Virus record (IMG/VR): IMGVR_UViG_3300023174_000045
Coordinates: 161,081-225,080 of that record
Direction: 5' to 3' (one strand)
Length of the DNA stretch: 64,000 nucleotides
The position numbers and the translations under genes are program-made. This document shows positions 43,283 to 54,243 of this stretch, piece after piece. The notes beneath the pieces were generated by a model. That model did not search any database and was not told the DNA's origin. It saw only the letters and a program-made list of their open reading frames with translations. How positions within the stretch are numbered: position 1 is the first letter of the stretch; each line of letters starts with the position of its first letter.

Positions 43283-44517
43283 TGGTAATCAATCAAGTCA
43301 GCAAATTCAGGCTCAACTGTACGTAAGTTTTGATTACGTTTGCGATCCAGGTCTGCAATTTTCATGCGCAACATGAACCCATCTGTACTTGCACCATTAA
43401 GCATGAAATTTATAATGTGATCAAACTCTTCACGGTACTCAATCGGCACATCTGCTGAGCGCAAATGCTCTGCAATACCTGCTTTGGCAGTGTCAGGCAG
43501 AGTGGCAATACTGAAGTACCAAGAATCATGCATCATGTTCCAATACACAAAATCAAACTTTTGCAGTGCTATCCAGTGGGCTAACTGATCAATGTAACGT
43601 ACATTGAACACATTCACAGTGCTACAACATTGTAATTGCAGATTAGGCATTTGAGTTTTTAAATATTGAAAACTTGTAATGTTGTCTAATACCACAGCCC
43701 AGTCTGCATTGGTGCGTTGATATTCAAAGCGGGCACCCAAGTCGTCAATGCTAAATGCTACTTCTACAGTTTTAAAGTGCGGCCAAATATCCATGGCCCG
43801 TGCAGGATATTGTGTGCCATTGGTGTTGTAGTGTATTTCCACTTGGTGCGCAATGCCTCGATCAACAATGCCTTGCAACATGTCAAAGTGTTCGTCAATC
43901 ATAAATGGCTCGCCGCCTGTAAATTCAATGTAACGTATGTTGGATAACACTGAATCAATTTGTTTCCAAAAATAAACATTTTCCCTAGGCCATGCCCCAG
44001 CACGTAACATTTGATAAGCATAAGTTTTTTTCTTATCTTCTTTGGGATCCATGTTATTGAGTTCTTCTGTGGCAAATTGACTTGAACTCCAGGGACCACA
44101 AATACGGCATTTTAAATTGCAAATATTACCCAGTTTCAAATCCAAAAACATCAAGGGTTTGGCATCCAAAGTCCATTCTTTATCTGTTCCAGAAGATAAA
44201 AAATGTTTAGCCATTGGAGATTCAAGACGTTTTAAGGTATGCATTCGTTTGCTGGTGCGACCAGCACGTTCTTCATTCCAACATTTACGACAGGTCTGTG
44301 GTTGTTCTCCAGCAAGAAATTGCTCACGCAGTCGGCGCATGTGATTGGAGTCCTGTACTTCAGTAAAATTAAAATTGCCACTGTCCAATTTGAATTTGTT
44401 GCCTTCATTGTCCACAATGTCGTCGTCGGCAAGACAACATGGATTTAAAGTTCCCACTGGCGAAGCTTCAAGGCTGATCCAGGGTAATACGCAAAATTTA
44501 TCGTGTGGTATATTCAT
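43279..44517 (-). CDS. Radical SAM enzyme with N-terminal SPASM/twitch-like domain
   Basis: CVLPW..PCC; CNLKCRIC; GGEPF. Confidence 0.9.
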   Translation of the reverse strand: MNIPHDKFCVLPWISLEASPVGTLNPCCLADDDIVDNEGNKFKLDSGNFNFTEVQDSNHMRRLREQFLAGEQPQTCRKCWNEERAGRTSKRMHTLKRLESPMAKHFLSSGTDKEWTLDAKPLMFLDLKLGNICNLKCRICGPWSSSQFATEELNNMDPKEDKKKTYAYQMLRAGAWPRENVYFWKQIDSVLSNIRYIEFTGGEPFMIDEHFDMLQGIVDRGIAHQVEIHYNTNGTQYPARAMDIWPHFKTVEVAFSIDDLGARFEYQRTNADWAVVLDNITSFQYLKTQMPNLQLQCCSTVNVFNVRYIDQLAHWIALQKFDFVYWNMMHDSWYFSIATLPDTAKAGIAEHLRSADVPIEYREEFDHIINFMLNGASTDGFMLRMKIADLDRKRNQNLRTVEPEFADLIDYQ

Positions 44518-46211
44518 TTTAATGCCGCTAATTCTGGAATTATGTTCATGATGTCTTCTTTTCTTATATTATCTAGTTCGTATGTTTTACGCCAAAATGT
44601 GTCAATCAAGTGTGTGTTATCTGTAGCCTTCATAAAACTCAAGGCTGATTGAAATCCCACCGTGGCACGGTGAAGAGGATCTCTATCCTTCAACCAATCT
44701 AAATGTTTTAGGTACTTTTCTTCCAATTGTTGTTTGTATTCTGCAGGTGCAATGTCTAGTCTGTAATATGCAGGGTCTTGCAAAATATTTACGTTTAGAT
44801 CTTGGGCCTTAATAAGGCCGCGCTCAACCCAGTCTCTATGAAAATCAGGCAGATGCCACGCATTCATAATGCTTAATGTGGGACTAATATAAAAATCTAC
44901 CTCAGGGCATGTGCGTAACATATCTTGACGATTTTGTTCTACCACAGACCAATTGGTACCTTTGCGAATATATTCTGCATGTGGCCCAGAAGCATCCAAA
45001 CTTGCCCCCACTGCTACACTGTCAAACAGTTTCCAATATTCAAATACTGATTTGCCTTTAAGTTCAGTATGTGTAAAGTTTGTGTTATAAATCAATCTCA
45101 CATGAAACATTTTGCGTTGAACAAGTTCTTCTAAAATACGATAGTGCTCTTCCATCAGTAGTGGCTCACCACCAGCAAAATATATTTGTTCCACATAATC
45201 CAAATGTGGTTCTAGTTGTTCCCACATGTCTGTTTCTGTACGACCAGCGTACAGCAAAGCTGAATTTTGTTCTTTCCAGATGTTACCTGCTAACTTGGCT
45301 TGATCTTGATACCACTGGCTTGAAAAAATATATCCACAACTGCGACATTTTAAATTGCATAAATTACTGAATCGAATATCCCAGTAAGTCATTTTGAAAA
45401 TATCTAAATGTCCATCATCTTTGGTTTGTTGCACAAAATCAATGTGATGTCCGTGATGTTTGTTGGCACTTTGTCGTCCACTGAAAAATCCATTATCTTC
45501 TTGTTCATAGCACCGACCACATGTTGGGTTTGATACTTCATTCAACATATCTTTGCGTAGCACTTTTAATGCGGTATCATTCCATATTTCTTTAAGATCT
45601 TGGCTATGACAATTACCTATTTTCCCCACTTTCATTTCAGCATGACAACAGGGGTATGCTTCACCTGTTGGATAGGCATGCAAATGTATCCATGGGTACA
45701 TACAAAATGTTTTACTCTCTGTCAACAAGAATTTTTCTCTGTCAGTGACATCATTTATATTAATTTTCATTGGATTCACAGATCCGTATTGATAAATTTC
45801 TTTCAAACTTGTTGGAGAACGGGCAAGCATGATTTTAGAAAAATCTTCTGAAGATCTAATTACAGTGACTGGCACAGCGTCTTGACTGATTTTGTTAATG
45901 TATTCAATCTCTTGGTTGATGTCAGGATTAGATGAAACAATTATCACAAATGCATTTGAAATATCAACTTCGTTTAATATCACTTGTAAATTTTTTAAAA
46001 TATATCCCACATTATTTTCTGATGAATAATAGTCTTTTGAATGTAAAAAAACTATGCGTTCATCAGGAGTGTACTCTACACGATGCAACTGCTGGCATTT
46101 TTGTTCTAGCCATTGTTGACTTTGTTGATAATTTTGATCCCAGCTGCTAAGATCAACAACATCAACAACGTTGTATTGTTTTTTAAGATTGTTAATTATT
46201 GATTGAATCAT
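44514..46211 (-). CDS. Radical SAM enzyme with additional N-terminal extension
   Basis: CMYPW..PCC; CNLKCRSC; GGEPL. Confidence 0.9.
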   Translation of the reverse strand: MIQSIINNLKKQYNVVDVVDLSSWDQNYQQSQQWLEQKCQQLHRVEYTPDERIVFLHSKDYYSSENNVGYILKNLQVILNEVDISNAFVIIVSSNPDINQEIEYINKISQDAVPVTVIRSSEDFSKIMLARSPTSLKEIYQYGSVNPMKININDVTDREKFLLTESKTFCMYPWIHLHAYPTGEAYPCCHAEMKVGKIGNCHSQDLKEIWNDTALKVLRKDMLNEVSNPTCGRCYEQEDNGFFSGRQSANKHHGHHIDFVQQTKDDGHLDIFKMTYWDIRFSNLCNLKCRSCGYIFSSQWYQDQAKLAGNIWKEQNSALLYAGRTETDMWEQLEPHLDYVEQIYFAGGEPLLMEEHYRILEELVQRKMFHVRLIYNTNFTHTELKGKSVFEYWKLFDSVAVGASLDASGPHAEYIRKGTNWSVVEQNRQDMLRTCPEVDFYISPTLSIMNAWHLPDFHRDWVERGLIKAQDLNVNILQDPAYYRLDIAPAEYKQQLEEKYLKHLDWLKDRDPLHRATVGFQSALSFMKATDNTHLIDTFWRKTYELDNIRKEDIMNIIPELAALK

Positions 46212-47535
46212 ACCATTCTGCTAGGTTGGGAAATGCTCTAGCAAAGATTTTGTCTCTGCGCTGATCATATTGTGTGTAAAATTGCTTGAAGTCATTCAAC
46301 AACTTGGGCATTTCAAATGCTTCACTGTGTGGAGTTTTAACAATATCTAAATAATCAATCAGGCGTTGTACATGGTTGACTTCGTGTTCGTGCAAGCAGG
46401 GATTTTCACTATTGTGGAACAACCATGCTTGCAGTTGTAATCGATAACGATTGCGCAATTCTTCTGGTAATACCAATGCACTTTGAAAACTAGGAAAGCG
46501 TAATATATTTAATGTAAAGTTGATTTGGTCACGACCATAGCGTTGTTTCAAATACAACATCATGTTGAGATGATCCACAAGACTGTCCAGGCACAATGCG
46601 TTAATGGTACACATGATGTGCAAGGCCTTTACTAACTTGCCCTCCAACAAATACAACACGTTCTGCAGCCATTGGTCATAGTTCAAGCCGTCACGTATGT
46701 ACTCTGCTTGCTTAAATGTTGCTTCCATTGATGTATATACTTCCACGTCAGGCAAGGTGCGAATGGCGGCACCAAACTCCATCATCTTGGGCAGTTCAAT
46801 ACCCAGGTTTGAATTGATGGCCAGACGTGTTGTGCTACGACCTTGGTTCTGTTTAAACCAATCAATCAGTTTCCAGGTGTAGCCCGACATCAAGGGCTCA
46901 CCGCCGGTTATTCGGAGTTCTTGGAGAGTGCGGTGGAGGTCTCGTTCCCACCAGTCGAAGAAGGCTTCCACGTACGGATTAGTTTCACCGAATTTATAAA
47001 GTTGAGCACTATCGTGAGTGTGAGTAAAGTGGTTCCTACCATCGCTAACCAACCCGTTGTAGGGTCCATGCTTGCGTATATCATTGACCCAAGTGGAACT
47101 AAAAGCAGGATTGCAATAAGAACAAGCAAATTGACAAGTGCGATCGAAACTGATTTCCAGTGTTCTAAGATTAACGTCATCTTGGACGGGAGTGTTGACT
47201 GCTTCATGTAAGGCCTCTATGGGATAAATTTTGCTTTTGTACACACGGTCACTCACAGCATTGGTGTCCATGTCTTCAATCTTCCAGCAGTACTCGCAAC
47301 CAGCAGGGCGTTTGCCCATGACCATGTCACGACGATCTGCTTTCTTTTGGTCAGTATTGTGCAGCAGCCTAGAGTTGTTATTGACTTTATCAACGTCAAT
47401 CAAATGAGCTGGCGGGTGATGGCAACTTGTGGTCTGCCCACTTCCTAACCAAATGGTAGCATTGTACCATTTCGCTGCACAAAAACTTGAGGACACAGGA
47501 TCTAATACCTGTTGTTTAAATTCTAAATCATTCAT
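46192..47535 (-). CDS. Radical SAM enzyme
   Basis: CAAKW..SCHHP..CEYCW; CQFACSYC; GGEPL. Confidence 0.9.
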   Translation of the reverse strand: MNDLEFKQQVLDPVSSSFCAAKWYNATIWLGSGQTTSCHHPPAHLIDVDKVNNNSRLLHNTDQKKADRRDMVMGKRPAGCEYCWKIEDMDTNAVSDRVYKSKIYPIEALHEAVNTPVQDDVNLRTLEISFDRTCQFACSYCNPAFSSTWVNDIRKHGPYNGLVSDGRNHFTHTHDSAQLYKFGETNPYVEAFFDWWERDLHRTLQELRITGGEPLMSGYTWKLIDWFKQNQGRSTTRLAINSNLGIELPKMMEFGAAIRTLPDVEVYTSMEATFKQAEYIRDGLNYDQWLQNVLYLLEGKLVKALHIMCTINALCLDSLVDHLNMMLYLKQRYGRDQINFTLNILRFPSFQSALVLPEELRNRYRLQLQAWLFHNSENPCLHEHEVNHVQRLIDYLDIVKTPHSEAFEMPKLLNDFKQFYTQYDQRRDKIFARAFPNLAEWYDSINN

Positions 47536-48619
47536 TTATATATTGGGTTAACCGTTCGGGGAGTTCTGCACGTTCACGACGATTGTGTTCGCGAAGTTGT
47601 TGATAATTGTATTTACAAACAGATCTAGCTGCCTCCAAGAAACTGGCAGCACCATTATAACATATATCAGCAACAACGTCAACAATTCTATTGGCACGAT
47701 CGGTGGGGTCATCTATTAAATCAAATGTTTCATCAATCAGGTGCCCGAATGTTTGAAAACCTGCACTACGTAAATCTCTATAGTATCCTCGATTGGCTGC
47801 CACAACAAATGGATGACACATGATTATAGGCTTCCAAATCTTTTCTGTACGAAACGTGTAAGGATAATCAAATATGGTTTCTGTTACAACACTAAAACAG
47901 GTGTCTACATAAGCACGTGGATTTACAATAGCATCGCCCCAGGTGTTACCAAACAAATGATGTTTTACAAATCCTGTTGTCACAGTGCTCATGTTGGGCA
48001 CTGCACGAGCAATTTCATATTGAGGGGGCAACAATCTAATAGGTTCATCAGGTTGAGTGTGTAATGCACTACTCCAAGTCATCTCCACATGATCGCCAAG
48101 ATTGGTCCATAGCGCACGATCTAACAATCCCTGTTTACGCATGGCATCTATTAGATACTTGCGGTGTGGACGCAGCCGTCCATTTAAAAACAAAAAATCA
48201 TAGAGCTTGTGTTGTGTTTGTACATTGTGCGTGGCGGCATCAAGATTTTCCAGATACTCTACAATGTTAGAAAAGTAACCGTCTGTTTTGCAGTAGTTCC
48301 ACCCAGGTTCTAAGTCTCCGGATGTTAGTAATCCGATGCGTCCGTCACGAACATATTCTGTTATCATCAGTCTACGAAGTTGTAGCAGTATGGTTTCACT
48401 GCCTTCGGCAGGATTGGAAAATACAATATGACCTGGATGTTTGGTGGCCCACTCTGTTATGGGATACCAGTTTTCTTTTAGTACAACTCTGCCTACAATG
48501 TATATCGCATCAGGATCTAGTTCCGTGGGCCACTGCCAAAAGCTGGCATCGGCATATGGTTTGAGCAAGTCCCATACTTCGGCCCACTCGTCTACAATGA
48601 TTTTATGTTGTCCTAGCAT
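47528..48619 (-). CDS. Glycosyltransferase-like protein (TET...TEK family)
   Basis: VVTET, RTEKIWKPI, GFQTF, DETFD. Confidence 0.6.
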   Translation of the reverse strand: MLGQHKIIVDEWAEVWDLLKPYADASFWQWPTELDPDAIYIVGRVVLKENWYPITEWATKHPGHIVFSNPAEGSETILLQLRRLMITEYVRDGRIGLLTSGDLEPGWNYCKTDGYFSNIVEYLENLDAATHNVQTQHKLYDFLFLNGRLRPHRKYLIDAMRKQGLLDRALWTNLGDHVEMTWSSALHTQPDEPIRLLPPQYEIARAVPNMSTVTTGFVKHHLFGNTWGDAIVNPRAYVDTCFSVVTETIFDYPYTFRTEKIWKPIIMCHPFVVAANRGYYRDLRSAGFQTFGHLIDETFDLIDDPTDRANRIVDVVADICYNGAASFLEAARSVCKYNYQQLREHNRRERAELPERLTQYINE

Positions 48620-49719
48620 TAGATGTTCTGATTTAAAAAATTTAAAAAACGTTCAGGAAATTCTTGTTGAATTTTGATCGCTGTATCAGCAAAATGTTGC
48701 TGGTTGTATATGCATATATCACGTGATTCTTTAAGAAATTGATCAAGATCTGATTTACATAAATCTTCAACGACTTCGGCTATTCGACTTAGTCGCTGTT
48801 GCTTATCTTCGATCAGATCAAAACTTTCATCTATCAAGTGTTCGAATGTTTTGAACCCTAGATTACGAATATCTTTGTAGTACCCGGCGTTAGCCACTGC
48901 AATCCAGGGATGCCCTATTGCAATAGGCTTCCAGATCTTTTCAGTCCTAAAACTGTAAGAATCCGTGACAGTTTCTGTTACCAACGAAAAATACGTGTCA
49001 ATATAAGGTTCTGCAACTAGTTGTCCATCACCCCAGGTGCCATTGAACAAGTGACGTTTAACTTCCAAAAACTTGTCGTAGCCAGATAGCGCACTGGCAT
49101 CTAAATTAGATTGATACTCCGATAGTTCATATTTTTTGTCTAGTAAATGTATATCAGCCATGTTGCGATCGAGACAGCTCCATAAACTTTGATCTATTAG
49201 ATTGTTGTTTTTAAATCGTTCTATTAGGTACTTGCGGTGCCATCGATACATGCCATTCAAAAACAAAAATTTATAAGGCTTACTGGTTTTGTTATATATT
49301 TCGTTGACTCTAGCGCACTGCGGTTTGTTTTTTTCATTTTTATAGATTTCTACCAAAAAAGTTTCGTGGGCTAGACATGCATACTCATGCCCTAGTTCAG
49401 CACCAGCAATAATCAGAAATTGTTTTTGTTTAGCAATAGCATCTATTCCAGTTTCTAACAAATCACAAGCCAGTGTTATTGATCCTTCAAAAGGATGACT
49501 ATAAACTACTTTTATACGTTTTGTTTCAATTAGCTCTTGTATATAATCAAAGTTTTTGTAGAATAATGCTCGACCAAAAATATAAATTCCATCCTCAATC
49601 ACCTGGTTCACCTGGTCAGAAAAATCAACTGAGCTAGAATAAACCATTGAGTTAAATAGCTCAGGAATTCCGCACCATGGGTCTACAATGATTTTATGAT
49701 TGCCGAGCATGGTATGCAC
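48619..49719 (-). CDS. Glycosyltransferase-like protein, tandem paralogue of previous
   Basis: MLGxHKIIVD start, FLFLNG, TEKIWKPI. Confidence 0.6.
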   Translation of the reverse strand: MHTMLGNHKIIVDPWCGIPELFNSMVYSSSVDFSDQVNQVIEDGIYIFGRALFYKNFDYIQELIETKRIKVVYSHPFEGSITLACDLLETGIDAIAKQKQFLIIAGAELGHEYACLAHETFLVEIYKNEKNKPQCARVNEIYNKTSKPYKFLFLNGMYRWHRKYLIERFKNNNLIDQSLWSCLDRNMADIHLLDKKYELSEYQSNLDASALSGYDKFLEVKRHLFNGTWGDGQLVAEPYIDTYFSLVTETVTDSYSFRTEKIWKPIAIGHPWIAVANAGYYKDIRNLGFKTFEHLIDESFDLIEDKQQRLSRIAEVVEDLCKSDLDQFLKESRDICIYNQQHFADTAIKIQQEFPERFLNFLNQNI

Positions 49720-51091
49720 ACTCCTCCCACCATGACCTCATCTCTGGAAATGTTTTCAAAAAGTCTGTGTCACGACGACGATCATGTTCGCTGAAGAAAC
49801 GATAGAAGTCTGCTTTTGCCACACTGTGATCTGCCAACTGTGCTGACCGCATCCAGGCAATGTCGCGATCCAGTCTGTGTAGTTCATAGTCTTTGAATCC
49901 TTTGAATGGTGCCTCTTCTGTTTCAATTTGTCGTACCATCCATGCCCACAACCATTCCAGCTTCTCTGCGTAGCTTTCGGGCAAGATCTGTAGACTTTGC
50001 CAAGCAGGCTCACGCAACACAGGCGTGTCAAACCACACACGTTGATATGTGTTGCTGTATACCTTACGCAGTCCTAGTATGCCAGCAAACAGTTTGTCCA
50101 AACTGGTCACACTCAAATTGTTCATTGTGATGATAAATGTGAGACTGCTGTAATTGGGTACTTCTGTAAGGAATTGATTTACTCGGTCCCATAGCAGTTC
50201 AAAGTCTAACCCGTGCCGCATGTATTCAGCTTGTTCGCCCCAGCCATCTAGGCTCACATACTGCATGAAATGTTCTATGCGACCATCACACAGTTGTTTG
50301 ACGTACGCTAGATACTTTTGCCACGACTTTTCATCTACACTAAAGTTGCTTGTGACATTTAAGTGTAGTCGGGGACTGGGGTTGGCCAACACATAATCAA
50401 ACACACGATAGGTATTTTTGTCCAACAGTGGCTCTCCACCAGTCATTCTAAAGTGTTCTAGGTGTGGATACAGAGTTGGCCACCAGGACCAGAAGGCGTC
50501 AATATAAGGGTTGGACTCTCGAACTGGAATTGGTCTACGTTGGCCCACAAAGTGCTCAGGAGCATTGTGTGGACGACTAGTAGGGTAAGCACCCAAGCGC
50601 GAAATTTCATCTGCCCATGAGCTTGAGAACTGAGGGCTACAATAGCTACACTTGAGATTGCAAGCGTGATTAAAATTAACTTCAACATAACTGGGGATAA
50701 CATCTTCCTCTCCTGTGCTGTTCTTTATTGATTCAAAATCCACCGCGGCCCAAGGCTCGCCTGACCGATAATGACGATCACTGAGTTTACCTTCATTTTC
50801 CATGTTCCAACAGTAAGAACATTCTGTGGGTTTCTCTCCTGCCAACATCATCCGACGTTGAGTTTTTTTGTGAGCAGTGTTGTGTAATGCGCTGGGGTTG
50901 ACTTTGATTGCATCTGCATCTATAGCATGCAGGGGTGGATGATAACATGAGTTGTTGAGTCCAGTGGGCAAGTGAAAGCTGACTTGTTTCCATTTGGCCA
51001 AACAAAGTGCAGGTCCTAATTGTGCTTTCATCTGTTCAGCAGAGTTCAAGAACTTGCTTTTGGTGCCTATGGACTCATCACCTTTGTTCAT
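49694..51091 (-). CDS. Radical SAM enzyme
   Basis: CLAKW..SCYHP..CSYCW; CNLKCSYC; GGEPL. Confidence 0.9.
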   Translation of the reverse strand: MNKGDESIGTKSKFLNSAEQMKAQLGPALCLAKWKQVSFHLPTGLNNSCYHPPLHAIDADAIKVNPSALHNTAHKKTQRRMMLAGEKPTECSYCWNMENEGKLSDRHYRSGEPWAAVDFESIKNSTGEEDVIPSYVEVNFNHACNLKCSYCSPQFSSSWADEISRLGAYPTSRPHNAPEHFVGQRRPIPVRESNPYIDAFWSWWPTLYPHLEHFRMTGGEPLLDKNTYRVFDYVLANPSPRLHLNVTSNFSVDEKSWQKYLAYVKQLCDGRIEHFMQYVSLDGWGEQAEYMRHGLDFELLWDRVNQFLTEVPNYSSLTFIITMNNLSVTSLDKLFAGILGLRKVYSNTYQRVWFDTPVLREPAWQSLQILPESYAEKLEWLWAWMVRQIETEEAPFKGFKDYELHRLDRDIAWMRSAQLADHSVAKADFYRFFSEHDRRRDTDFLKTFPEMRSWWEECAYHARQS

Positions 51092-52017
51092 TACCAGCCT
51101 TCTTGTTCACGGATAACATCAATCTCTCTCACCATGACACCACGATTTGACCAGTTGCTACGATAGTGATGTTTGAAGAACTTGCTTTGTTCACCTTCAA
51201 ATATGGCCATGGGCAGGTCCAATTGTGAATACAAATCATCTGCCACACGTCCGCCTAACAATCGTGGGTCTGAATCTTTCACACTATTCCAAAGTTCTGC
51301 AAGTGCATCAAAGTCTTGAACTTGTTTGTGATCCCAGTTTGTGAGCATGGTCATGTATGTGCCTTGTCTGGCACCGGCCATGGCCCACTGACCGTTGTTG
51401 ACGTCTGCACCAATGTTGTGCCATATGGTCAAATTATCTAAATTTCTTTTGTGTACTTGTTCTTGAAATTCTTCTACACTGGGTTTGGCACCTTTGTTCA
51501 GGCACATTTTTACACCTTCACGGAATCCGGCACGCCATGCTTGGAAAGCGGATCCATTGGGGTATGTGGTCGAATAACAGTCGTACATGGGCCAGTACAA
51601 GGGATCAAAACAAAACTCTACTTCAGTTTCCACACGGCCATCGGTGGCTTCGTGTGTGCGCATGTTGTTGACAAATTCACGTGTCCACGAACTTAAACCG
51701 CCATTGCCATACATCAGGCCATTGATGTGATTTTTTGCTCGCCAACGAAACACCGCTTGTTCCCAGTCTGGTGTCACAAATGTCAGCGTTTGGTTAAAGA
51801 AGGCAGAATCAGGAATGTTGTCACCGTCAATGAGTATAAAACGCTCAGTGGTGCTGACAGCGGCAGCGGCTTTGTGTGCGGCGTCACTGCCCTTTACGCC
51901 GTCTACTCTTGTGGCCCATGGTACCATGTTCTTGATCTTTACCCAAAATTCTTCTTTTTCAGGTTCATCATAACTTAGGTATACACAGTCTAGGTCTGCA
52001 ATGTCAATTTGATTCAT
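51091..52017 (-). CDS. GT-A-like glycosyltransferase
   Basis: [36 protein letters not shown]. Confidence 0.65.
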   Translation of the reverse strand: MNQIDIADLDCVYLSYDEPEKEEFWVKIKNMVPWATRVDGVKGSDAAHKAAAAVSTTERFILIDGDNIPDSAFFNQTLTFVTPDWEQAVFRWRAKNHINGLMYGNGGLSSWTREFVNNMRTHEATDGRVETEVEFCFDPLYWPMYDCYSTTYPNGSAFQAWRAGFREGVKMCLNKGAKPSVEEFQEQVHKRNLDNLTIWHNIGADVNNGQWAMAGARQGTYMTMLTNWDHKQVQDFDALAELWNSVKDSDPRLLGGRVADDLYSQLDLPMAIFEGEQSKFFKHHYRSNWSNRGVMVREIDVIREQEGW

Positions 52018-52339
52018 ATGTTTTTTTACTCCATTTGGTATGAGGTCGGCTCTCAGCAACGATTACAGCGACATTGTCAGGATGACAAGGGGATCCAGAG
52101 TTGCCAGGAACCAATTTTGTTGTAGTTTTCCAAGTTACTTCTACTAGTTGCCCGTCACGCACACGCACGTTGGAAGGACTGCGGGCAAAAGTTGCTTGAT
52201 CAATTTCAATGTATGTACCAGGCTGATCCTCCATGCTGTAGAATAATGGGAAGCCATCAGCGTCATGATACAAACGATAAAATGGAGGCGGTGGGTCAAG
52301 CACGGCCTGAAACATTTTGATTAATTCTTCAGGTGTCAT
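52004..52339 (-). CDS. Hypothetical protein
   Basis: [10 protein letters not shown]...FYRLYHD. Confidence 0.7.
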   Translation of the reverse strand: MTPEELIKMFQAVLDPPPPFYRLYHDADGFPLFYSMEDQPGTYIEIDQATFARSPSNVRVRDGQLVEVTWKTTTKLVPGNSGSPCHPDNVAVIVAESRPHTKWSKKTYESN

Positions 52340-53106
52340 GCTCGCCACTCTTTGACATTGTAATGAAATGCACCTGTTTGTGGCACAGTTTGTATGCGTA
52401 GTCGCAAGTCTTGATATTCCCACACCAGTTCATCCAACCAGTGTTCAGTATGCGTTCCTGCTATGTGGCGTTTCATATGCACAATCTTTGGGTATGTGCT
52501 GAATGGCATTGTCACACGTTCAGGTCCTATGATTTCAGCAGCCATGGCATACACCAAATCTGTAGATGGAACTTCATCTGGAAACTTTATGAGTTTTTTA
52601 AACTCTGCCCAGTTGGCAAATATATCACGCACCCAGCCAAAGAATTCTTTGGCAGTTTCACTGCGCCGCCAATATGTGACAGCATTGTACACGTCAGGCA
52701 AGTTGTTGGCATCAAACACTCGTCGATAGTTTCTTGCTGTGCTGACATTATCCTGCCAATCTCTACAGCCTGTTGATATTACTACATCACGATGTCTAAA
52801 CTGAGTCCACCAATGGTCGATGGGACTCACTATCAACATGTCTGCTTCCAGTTTGATGGTTTCACGAAATGGTGTGAGTCTAAACAGTTGTGCATCATTG
52901 GCAAATGGGTTGGCATTAGGCACAATCTGTCTGTAGTGATCATACAAGGGTTCAGTGTAAGCACGGTCTGTGACTAGACAAATACGTGCTGACGGATCCC
53001 AGTAGCGTATGGTCTTGGCCAAGGTGCGGGCGCAATCCTGGTAATCAATAGTGTCGCTGTTGACCGCAACAATTAAGTAACCTTGTTCATCAATGGGCTG
53101 CAACAA
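52336..53106 (-). CDS. GT8-like nucleotide-diphospho-sugar transferase
   Basis: [16 protein letters not shown]. Confidence 0.7.
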   Translation of the reverse strand: MLQPIDEQGYLIVAVNSDTIDYQDCARTLAKTIRYWDPSARICLVTDRAYTEPLYDHYRQIVPNANPFANDAQLFRLTPFRETIKLEADMLIVSPIDHWWTQFRHRDVVISTGCRDWQDNVSTARNYRRVFDANNLPDVYNAVTYWRRSETAKEFFGWVRDIFANWAEFKKLIKFPDEVPSTDLVYAMAAEIIGPERVTMPFSTYPKIVHMKRHIAGTHTEHWLDELVWEYQDLRLRIQTVPQTGAFHYNVKEWRA

Positions 53107-53941
53107 TGGCCTCCAAATGCTTTTTACCCATAGCGTGAAAATCCATGCCCCGCCAACTCATAGTTTTAAGCTGACCATCGGCATTGATGTATTCAACTTC
53201 ATAATGATCCTGCTCAATCCAAGTCAATCGGGGCTCAGGCATGATATTGACCATGCTGCCATATATCTCATGCACTGATTGTTCAGTCCCTGCTACCAGG
53301 CCTAGGGCAATGCTCAAAGCATGGTCATTGCGATAGTTACTTTGGTGGATGCCATACAAGTCTCGATAGTGTTGCCAATTGTTGCGGATCATTTGCATGC
53401 TATCAAATATGTATTGACTGATGTTGCCACGGCGAAACATCATTACAGTGGCCCACCACATGGGCATGTGATGCGCACCAAATGTGTCAAGGTTGGTCAA
53501 GTTGGCTACGTCAAGTGAATCCCGAAAGGCTGCAAACTGTTGCGGTATTTTTAATACATCCAACAAGGCATCACTGGCCACAACATAGTCAGCGTCCAGC
53601 ACCAGGGTTTGATCAAAAGGCGACAGTTCATAAGCATTGATTCGTCCAGCATTGTGCCAGGTTACTGTGGCGTTGTAGTCAGCAAAATGTCTTGACCCGC
53701 CAGCGTCCGGTGCAGTTACAATGATGTGCTCAAATTTGTACTGGGCGGCCACTTCTGGATTGTCTGTAACCACAGCCACAGGCAATTCTAAGTGGCGACG
53801 GATGTTTTTTGCACTCCATGCTGCCATAGCAATGTAATCTGTGGCCTCGTTGTTGAAGGCAAAGATCACGACACCTTGGCTCAGCGTTTTTTGCTTAGTT
53901 CGTCCCATTCCACTTTCCATGCGTTCATTTGTTCTTGCCAA
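53090..53941 (-). CDS. GT8-like nucleotide-diphospho-sugar transferase (start uncertain, probably nearer 53890)
   Basis: SPFDQTLVLDADY, YRNDHALSIA, HAMGK. Confidence 0.72.
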   Translation of the reverse strand: MARTNERMESGMGRTKQKTLSQGVVIFAFNNEATDYIAMAAWSAKNIRRHLELPVAVVTDNPEVAAQYKFEHIIVTAPDAGGSRHFADYNATVTWHNAGRINAYELSPFDQTLVLDADYVVASDALLDVLKIPQQFAAFRDSLDVANLTNLDTFGAHHMPMWWATVMMFRRGNISQYIFDSMQMIRNNWQHYRDLYGIHQSNYRNDHALSIALGLVAGTEQSVHEIYGSMVNIMPEPRLTWIEQDHYEVEYINADGQLKTMSWRGMDFHAMGKKHLEAIVAAH

Positions 53942-54189
53942 CGTTCGTGTGCTAGAGCAAATAGTTCTGTCACAGTAATTTTTACCGGAGTTTCATACAA
54001 GTCAAGTAAGACAACATCCTTGTCTTGTGCGCAGGCCAGCAGTGTGGTCAGCAAGTCAGGGCCTGCCCTCCACATACCACCAGCATAGGCAAACACCATA
54101 CGTGCTTCGTACTTTTCTTTTAGCACCCGTCTAGCGGCTGCATGATCAAATCGGGCTCGTGCGTGAGCAACCAAGGCTTCAGTATCCAT
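53881..54189 (-). CDS. Hypothetical protein, first gene of the modification operon
   Basis: Promoter TTTACT-17-TATAAT, ATG 5 nt after the -10 box. Confidence 0.75.
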   Translation of the reverse strand: MDTEALVAHARARFDHAAARRVLKEKYEARMVFAYAGGMWRAGPDLLTTLLACAQDKDVVLLDLYETPVKITVTELFALAHERWQEQMNAWKVEWDELSKKR

Positions 54190-54220
54190 AGTGCATTATA
54201 TAGGAAAAGCGGAAAAAAGT

Positions 54221-54241
54221 AAAGGGGCTGTTGCCCCTTTT
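54221..54241 (-). terminator. Terminator after structural genes
   Basis: AAAGGGGC-tgtt-GCCCCTTT with flanking A/T tracts. Confidence 0.7.
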
Positions 54242-54243
54242 GG

